Part shown: one piece after another, positions 24,611 to 32,827 of the stretch
Position numbering within the stretch: the first letter of the stretch is position 1
How the letters are laid out: every line of letters starts with the position of its first letter
Assembly: GCA_000697335.1 (NCBI GenBank)
Contig: JNEM01011892.1
Location: 1 to 32,827, forward strand
Source: Conidiobolus incongruus B7586
Taxonomy: Eukaryota
Direction of reading: 5' to 3'
Length of the DNA: 32,827 nucleotides
The notes under the pieces: generated by a model
Database searches by the model: none
What the model saw: the letters and a program-made list of their open reading frames with translations, nothing else
Told to the model about the DNA's origin: nothing
Translations under genes and position numbers: made by a program

Positions 24611-24981
24611 AGTCAAGTTCTGGTTAGAGGGGATTATATATATTATTAATCTCTGAGTTACCTCAGCTTTCTATAATTTACAATCAAAATAAAGTTAGAT
24701 TATATTAACTTCAGGATGAATTAATTAGACAAAATACTTGTGAGGACTAGTAATGAAATATATCTTTTACTTTTATCTTCAAAAAGAACAAACAAATTCC
24801 TCCTCTTTTTTATTAAAGAAATACAAATCCTCTTTTTATATAAATGTTAGATTCTTATAATTTCTCAAATAAAGATCAAAATAAATAAATACTTAATAAT
24901 AAAATGATAAAATAGTAAAATAATAAAGTAGTAAAATAGTGAAATGGGTGATTAACTTTATTTTTAGCTAATAACTTGACA
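24611..24981 (-). mobile_element. Candidate degenerate solo LTR (~370 bp)
   Basis: Inverted ends GTCAAGTT/AACTTGAC(A); minus strand starts TGTCAAG and has TATATAAAAAGAGG then AATAAA; abuts a (TA)n run; no clear TSD. Confidence 0.4.
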
Positions 24982-26968
24982 ATATATATATATATATATA
25001 TTCAACCATTATAACTAATTGTGAATAATTTTTAAAATATAAAATATAAAAATAATTAAGTTAGTGAATTATTAATAATAATATAAAATTGGCTTTATAC
25101 ATATAATTTTATATAATAAATAGGGCTAATTCAGTGTTTTGGTTTATTATTTAATTGATTTCAAAGTAAATCCTATATCAAAAAGTAAATATTATAGTTG
25201 TAATAGTTAGAATATATGTTTGATATTAAGCTTTATTTAACATACCAAATATGCCAAATAGAAGTTGAAATTATTAAACTTTAATTATATAAATATTATA
25301 GATTATATATCATACATATAATTCATAAATTATGACTATTTATCGAGAAATATTCAAAAAATATTTCATATTATATTATAACAATGTATTTTAAATTTTG
25401 AATATAGACAATAAATATATGAATTCTTTAAATATATTGAAGCTTTTATAGTTTAATTATAAGGTTAAATTTGATTTATATTAATGGTTTTAACATATTT
25501 ATCATAAATTATTAATTATAATTTGTCATTATTAAATATTTTTCTTTGATAAGTTGATATTATTTTATACTCTTTTAATTAAACTAGACTTAACTAATCA
25601 GAAAAAATATAAAATTATTCATATTTTTTTTGTATAAAAAGAACAATTAAATAATTATTCATTGTCATTGAATAACCGGTGATTTGATTTAAATAAATGA
25701 AAATATGAATACTTAATTGGCTACGGGATAATTACTTTTAACCTTTTTTAATATATCAAAAACTTAAGATATCAAGAAATACTTATTTTTCAATATATAA
25801 ATATCATAAGTATTAAATATTTATAAATTAACTGATTATATGGATAATTAAAATAGAATTGATTAAATTAGTGATTGAATTTTATAAAGTTTAATTTGAA
25901 ATTTTAATTAATAATACAATATATTCAATATTCAATGAATAAAAATATAAATATCTTATTAATATACTCTATAACCTAAAATTATTATAATACATCAACT
26001 TGTCTCTAATATTATTGATAATATAATCTATATATTTGAGATCAAGAGATTTTTATTATCATTTAAAAAATATATATTATATCTGTTAAATTAAAATATT
26101 AGAAATGTTCTTATCAATTAAAATATAATATTTTTATTTGCACATTATTATATTTTGGTTACCTTAATTGTAACCCACCCAGGTATGTTTGCCTTGGCGT
26201 CTATTTCCTAATGGGTATGCTACCTTAAGAGGCATATTATTTTATTCTAAATATTTTAATTTATTTACAGTTTTATATCACCTCTATAAATTTTTTAGTC
26301 AATAATTAAATTATAAAAAACTGATATCATAAGCTTAATAATAGGAAGTCAGCAGTCCAATCACAAAATAATAATATCTTTTTATTCTTTCAATAAATGC
26401 TTTAATCCAGTTTTGTCATATATTAACAATAGCTCAATTGCTATGGTTATTTATTTTATACATAATTAGCAAAAAGTATTATATCAATATTATCTTATAT
26501 ACTTGGTTATATGTTTATATAATTATATGTTCTATACTATAAAACTAATATTTAATCATGCAAAAAAATTTTTCATTATATAAAATAAATTTGAAATTTA
26601 TTATATACTATTAGAATATATTTTATCAATAAATTAGTATTATATATTTCAAATAAAAAATCAATATTTATAAATTAAAAATATTAGATAAAATCAATAA
26701 TATTATGTCAATATATAAATATCTTTATAATATTAAATTCAATTATTATTATATAGTTATAATATTTTAATAAGTAGTTTGTGATAAATATAATTTTGAA
26801 AAGTAATTCACTGAATCATATTTATTTTTTTAAAAAATTTATTATGTTAAAATAGTAAAATAAAAAAAATACAGTTGTAATCAATATTTCATTATTCAAT
26901 ATATTGACAAGTCATATTTAACAATTATAGAATCTAAATAATATTTATTAATTTAATTGATTTTTATC

Positions 26969-27000
26969 AAATATTGAAATATTGAAATATTGAAATATTG
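26969..27000. repeat. Tandem repeat (AAATATTG)x4
   Basis: Four exact 8-nt units. Confidence 0.8.
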
Positions 27001-27609
27001 AATATATAATTTGGAGAGTATTTATAATTTGAATTGACTTTTATGTATAAGATAATTAATTGTAAATTTGAGAAAAAAACTCTTTTAAATTTAATGGATT
27101 ATAAAAGATCCCAAAATCTAACATTTTGTCAAAGTTAAACTTACAATTTCAAAAAAAAATTAGTTTCATTTAGATTAAAGTAATAAATTAAATCATAGAA
27201 TCACTGAATTCAAGACTTAAATATAACTAAATGATTTATTTAATTAATAGTTATCATATTTGACATTCAATATATATAAAGAGAGTAATGGACCATTGAA
27301 TACTATCTATAAACAAAAGTTTTTTTAATTATTATCAAAAATCCGCATACTAATATATCAAATTCCGAATTATCTGTAAATTTTATTATTAAAATTTTCA
27401 GTTTATATATTTTAAATATTATTCATTTTAAAAAAAATTTTAATATTATAATTATGAAGTATCATTGATTATAATTTAACGTTTTAAATTGCAATAATTT
27501 CATTCAATTATATAAATTTAATGAAATAATGAAATCATAAAATTTTCAAATTAGTCCATATTTATGACAATAAAATCATAAATGGAAACTTGTTTTGTAC
27601 TGATTACAA

Positions 27610-27829
27610 ATGACTCGAAAACCAAAAATGTCTCAAGAAACCTCCGCTGTGTTCCAAGCCTATGAAGCAAGCAAAGGTACAGAGTGCAACGGATCACACT
27701 GATTTTCGACCTCCAGAGGGGGATTTCATCAGGCATGAAGATGTAACCAACATTCGATCTATTGGAGATCGCGAAAGGTTCTACACTAGTCCAGGTAATA
27801 CCATTGCTAAGCTCCAAAAATCGGAATAG
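27610..27829 (+). pseudogene. Frameshifted paralog of the 87-aa SMP-like gene at 28505
   Basis: First frame MSQETSAVFQAYEASK matches ISKEAAAAFQSYEASR. Shifted frame VQSATD...DVTNIRSIGDRERFYTSPGNTIAKLQ matches VQRASD...DVDEIQAIGDREGFYTGRGSTTAEFQ. About 35 nt missing between them. Confidence 0.85.
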
Positions 27830-28504
27830 TAATTAAGTTATTTATTTAATAATTAATTGGAATTAATTATTATTTCAAATACTTAAATGATCCTGATTAA
27901 ATTAAATAGGGAACTTTAAAGAATGATTTTGATTTATAATTATTATATAATACTTTATAATATATATGTTGATAAAGTCGACATATTTTGAAAATTAAAT
28001 CTGGACTAATTATTCACATATAACTAATATCATAATAGTCATATTGTATATGATTATTTAAAAGGTAAAAATATTATTTAAAACCGTGAACATTATTTTT
28101 TTTAAATTTTAATATATTTAAATGTTATTTTGTAACCTTAATATTTATAATCGATTGAAAATTTGCTCTGTTATAAGTCTCTAAGATCCTTTTTTCAACT
28201 AAGCGACCATAAAATTATACCAAATCTCATCCTAAAGCTAGTATTTATTATCACAAAATTATCAACATTAGTTAGCTATTTTACCTAAATTTATATCACT
28301 ATGATATCAACCTTATCAATGAGATCATTATTAAGTATTAAAGTATTAATTACAGATACTATATATCAATGATGTATGAATGATAGTAGAAGAGTGATAC
28401 TGATTTAATCCAATAATGAAATCATAATCCAAAGTATTATATATATATACCGTTAAGTAGTACTTTACTAATTTTTACAGAAATCCCATTTAAACCCATT
28501 TAAA

Positions 28505-28768
28505 ATGAGTCAACAAGGTATTTCTAAAGAAGCTGCTGCTGCTTTTCAATCTTATGAAGCCAGCAGAGGCCAGTCTACTGGAAGAGGATCATACTCAGCT
28601 GAGGTTCAGCGTGCATCCGACAAGTCTGGTCATGTTCGTAAAACTGGTGAACCAATTAGTGCTCACGATGTAGATGAGATTCAAGCTATTGGAGATCGTG
28701 AAGGCTTTTACACTGGTCGTGGCAGTACTACTGCTGAATTCCAGAGTTATAAAGATAGGAATTGTTAA
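28505..28768 (+). CDS. Small two-repeat hydrophilic protein, SMP (seed maturation protein)/LEA-like, 87 aa
   Basis: AAAATG start, TATA run ~28438-28449. Two ~40-aa repeats (IS......Q........TGRGS..AE.Q...D) resembling the fungal SMP-domain stress-protein pattern; paralog next door. Confidence 0.8.
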   Translation: MSQQGISKEAAAAFQSYEASRGQSTGRGSYSAEVQRASDKSGHVRKTGEPISAHDVDEIQAIGDREGFYTGRGSTTAEFQSYKDRNC

Positions 28769-29814
28769 TGGAATTTATAAACTATAATGATTACATCGAT
28801 TACCAAAAATCATTACAATAACTGTTTATAATATTCAGCCAGGTCTTATTAATTGGATAAAATGTATATCAAAGTCAAACCTAGTATATGAATAAAGCTA
28901 TAAAAGAAATATGATTTCATTTTAATAAATTTATAAATCTATCATTATTAAATGTGTTATTGATAACTTTGAATTAATGAATATTCCTTATGAATTAAAT
29001 ATCAATATAGAGTGATATCTATATTAGAACTTCAGGATCTTTTATTTAAACTAAGCAATATAAATATTGATTTAATTGTGTTTATATGCAACTTCAATTA
29101 CCAATTAATAACAACAATATTTCAATTGAATTTCAAACTTAATTCATCAATCACAATTTCTAAAAATTTAATAATATATTGGCATTATAACATAATGAAT
29201 GAATGTTTTATTCCAAGAGATAATATAAATTTTTTTTGAAAATACAACGTTTTTATTATTCAATTTTTTATTGCTCCTTAGTTATTATTATTAATCCAAA
29301 ATTCAATTATATCCTTCAACATTATGATCAAATATTTTTAATTGAGTATCACAGTTATATATATTTTATTTTCGTAATATTTATTTCTTAGATAATCAGT
29401 ATACTGTATCAAATTAATTTTATAATACTATCTTATTTTACCTATTTGAAAGGTTATGTTAAACAATTAGATTGCATGATGGTAATTACAAATAAACAGT
29501 TAGTAACTTTCTTTAACTGTATTTTGCATATAAATATCAAAATTAATATTGTTCGTATAATATCTATTACATAATGAATTGGTTTTCCTTTAATTTTAAT
29601 TATTTAATTCTCTTAGTAAATATGTAATACTTGGATAATTTAATATTCAACTCATATTTGTACTATAATAAATATGATCTTTTTTAATTATGATTTTATA
29701 ATTTTTTTAAAATCTATATATAGTGAGCTGTAAATTTATGTTCAAATACTTATATCTTTTATCTCACCTTCAATTAGAGGATTTGGAATTTTTTAAATTT
29801 ATGTTTTAATAATA

Positions 29815-31127
29815 TTACTCTGCATTTTTAATAATGGGAATTTTTGTGATTAAAAATAAATAAACATTTGAATATATGATATATAAAAATAAATATATAA
29901 TATAAATTTAATAGTTTCTTTTATTATTAATAACTTTTTACTATACTTTTAACAAACTTCTAACACTTAAAAAACAGTTCTTTTTATTAAAGATTAAAAT
30001 TTGATGTTTCACAAACCAATTAAATTTTCTTGCAGAAATTTTCTTTCCTGCAAACTAGTTTTTTAATTACCTAAAGCAATTATAATTATATAGGTTATAA
30101 TCAAAAGAATATACTAGATGTAGCAGTTTTTTCTAGTTATTTTTAATTAGAAAGTTTTTTACAACTTTAGATTTATGTATTTTACAATTATTATACAAAA
30201 TAATAGGTTTTCTTAAATTATATTGAAAACACTAATTAGAAATACTTTTATTTAAAAAAACAATATATAATTTACTATTAATTGATTTTCTTTCAAGAAC
30301 TAAATAAGAATAACATATACTATTATAATCTATTATAATAATTAATATTTACTTATTAATAAAGTGTTTATTTAAAAGGATTTGTAGAAAAAGTTGATTT
30401 AGTTTAATCTAGCATCTTGATTTGTGTTTTAATAAAGGATTATATATAAAAATCTAAGATTCATCAATTATAATTATTTACTGTAAAAGTTTAAGCTTCT
30501 AGTAATATTTCAATAGGTTTTATTTAACAATAACTACTTTAACTTTTTTTTAAGCTTTAGTTAAATTATAAGGTACCTATTTTATATTTTTATTTATTAA
30601 TTTTAGTTTAAACTTTAAAATATATAAAATACTTGTAAAACTAATATTAAAGTGCTTAGATAATTCTTTAGCTGAAATAAAAAGGTACTTTTTAATATAT
30701 TTTTTCACTCTATTTACAATTAAAAAAATAACAGTTAAAGTTGGTTTTTTAGATTTTAACAAGTTTTGAATAGTTTCTCTTTTAACTTTAAAATAATTTA
30801 CTTAGCAATAAATTGTTAATTTAGATAATACTTCATTATTAAAAGCTACTTATAAATTTTAAATAATTTTAGAGGGTTTATGGTTAAGTTTTACTAATAC
30901 CAAAATAAAAAACTTTTGATGATTACTATTTAGTTTAAGCATGATTAAATTAAACAACTAATTTTAAAAAGTTAATTTTTTAATTAAAAAAACTAATATA
31001 TATATATATATATATTAAAAATATATAATTTCTTATTAACTTTGTATATATTTATTTATTTCAAACTAATAATATGTTTGAAAAATCAAAAATTAAAAAA
31101 TTTCCCATTATTTCAAATTTAAGGTAA
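29815..31127 (-). mobile_element. Full-length (1313 bp) inactivated mariner DD34D transposon, copy C
   Basis: Imperfect TIRs TTACTCTGCATTTTTAATAATGGGAA / TTCCCATTATTTCAAATTTAAGGTAA flanked by TA at 29813-14 and 31128-29. Transposase from ATG 30942 with HTH-like N-terminus, *VPYNLT, IDES*IFIYNP, LYNN (LHDN), YSFDYNLYN. D2- and D3-equivalent codons (30192, 30087) are 34 codons apart. ORF 30577..30762 is a fragment of it. Confidence 0.9.
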
Positions 31128-32827
31128 TAATATCAAAATTATAATTGATTAATCAATTTAATTAAAATGTATAGCATAGTTAATGATAAACTATTGCTTA
31201 ACTTTATTTTATTATGATTATATAAAAAATTAGAATCATGTTATTAGCTCATTTTCATAAGTTTAAATTTAAAGGCAAGCATAATAAAAAGCTATACAGA
31301 TATCAAATACTTGACACAAATTAATAAAATTTTCTTTAATCAAACAATTAATTGAAATATTTTTAATTCACAAATTCAAAATTCAAATATATCAACTTGA
31401 TCAATATTGCTCATTAATATTGAGATTATAAGGTAATTTTTAATTATAGAATGAAACTATGAGCTATCAAATAATATATAATTAATTAACAATAGTTGGT
31501 GAAATTGGTTAAACAATTTAATCATAGTTGAGTAATTCGGTTTACAACCATTACTGAGTACAGAAAATTAACCAACAATTACAATAATTTGAGGAATTAA
31601 ATTAAAAAGGATAATCTTAAGAGGCTACAACCAGATCTCAATCATTTAAAACCAAAAAAGTTCATTCAACGGGCAGAAATACAAACTCATCCGGAATATA
31701 AAGTATAGTGAATAAAGCCACCAATTGACGTTCAACTAGAGCTTTTTTCAGTGAAAAGAACACATGTGAAATTCAATCTATAAGAGAACATAGTGGATTT
31801 CACTCCAATCAAGAGAGTTAAACAGTATAATTACAAAGGTTTAAAGAAAGTAACAGTTAATAATATTATTATAAAGGAATTTTAACTGTTCCCTGTGCTT
31901 CCATTAATTCTGTGAAAGCCTAATAATGAATAATCAAGGCTTGGATAAACCATCACTTGCAACAAAGGTACTTGGATATATCTAAAATGGTTTTTAGTTT
32001 GGAATAATAATGTACTAAATACATTTTTGTCATCTTTTGTCTAAATAAACAATTCTTACTATGTTTTCGCTTCCAAAATACAAGATTAAGTTAGAGTCTT
32101 ATATTAGGTAACTTAAATATGTGATAGAGTTAGAAAGGCTAAAATTATATAAACTATATCTGAATTCAAGTTTTACACAATTTTTTAATATATAAAAATA
32201 GTTTAACTTCTAAAAACAATATATAAAATACAAAACAAAAAAAATACTAAATAAAAATTTTGTTTAATATATTGGAAATATAACCTTTGAAAAATGATAT
32301 AAAATTAAAAATAGTTTCCCAAAATATAAAATTATTTGAAAAATTGGATCAAGGCTTAATCAAAATTATAATATCTTAATCATATTAAAACAAATATATA
32401 ATGGAAAAAGGATAAGATATATTAAAATTTTGATTTTTTATTACTTAATTTCTTTATAATTTAGCTTAATAATATTGAAACTTAAATTCTTGGTTAATTA
32501 TATTTATTAGTTAAATACTTAAATCTTTGATATTATATATTTAATAAATTATATTTTTTTTAATTTAATATAATAACAACCTATTAATAATTTAATGAGT
32601 TTGTTATCCTCTTTTAAAACTGTTTTTAAATTTTTTTGTTTAATATAATCATTATTTATTAATATTTAAGAAATTTATAATTAAAATAAATATAATTAAT
32701 ATTAAGTTAAATATCTAAAAATTAAAAAAAATATTGTTAGATTATATTGGAATTTTATTTTAAATAAATACTAAATACAAGATTAAAATTTATTATTATA
32801 ATATAGTGTTTTTGATATTATATTAGA

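Noticed and set aside
27551..27817. 88-aa minus-strand ORF
   Set aside because: Antisense to the SMP-like pseudogene, whose plus-strand homology explains the region.
29012..29239. 75-aa ORF
   Set aside because: GTG start, I/N/L/F low-complexity composition.
32400..32827. Extremely AT-rich tail, possibly another eroded TE (FLDI on minus strand)
   Set aside because: A single 4-aa word in low-complexity DNA; no further support.
1..32827. CRISPR arrays, rRNA, snRNA or prokaryotic operons
   Set aside because: No regularly spaced repeats or recognisable conserved RNA motifs; gene structure is eukaryotic.

Overview
Very AT-rich eukaryotic DNA with short (~50-80 nt) GT-AG introns. The gene content and style suggest an early-diverging fungus, possibly Entomophthoromycotina (inference only). 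Three spliced genes lie at the left: a class II eIF4E (4EHP-type), a PPWD1/Cyp15 WD40-cyclophilin and a minus-strand tetraspanin. Single-exon ORFs are an Mtc1-like protein, a 105-aa hydrophilic protein, a 1280-aa helical protein of unknown function and an 87-aa SMP/LEA-like two-repeat protein with a frameshifted paralog upstream. There is one tRNA-like gene with an abnormal anticodon arm. Intergenic DNA holds three dead copies of one ~1.3 kb DD34D mariner, one of them split by two insertions, and several TG...CA solo-LTR-like elements. The strongest signals are the CpA/TpG->TpA-biased (RIP-like) destruction of the mariner copies, the intronless 1280-aa ORF, the odd tRNA and the inverted pair of solo LTRs. 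No CRISPR, rRNA or prokaryotic system is evident. All family calls come from motif recognition, not database searches.
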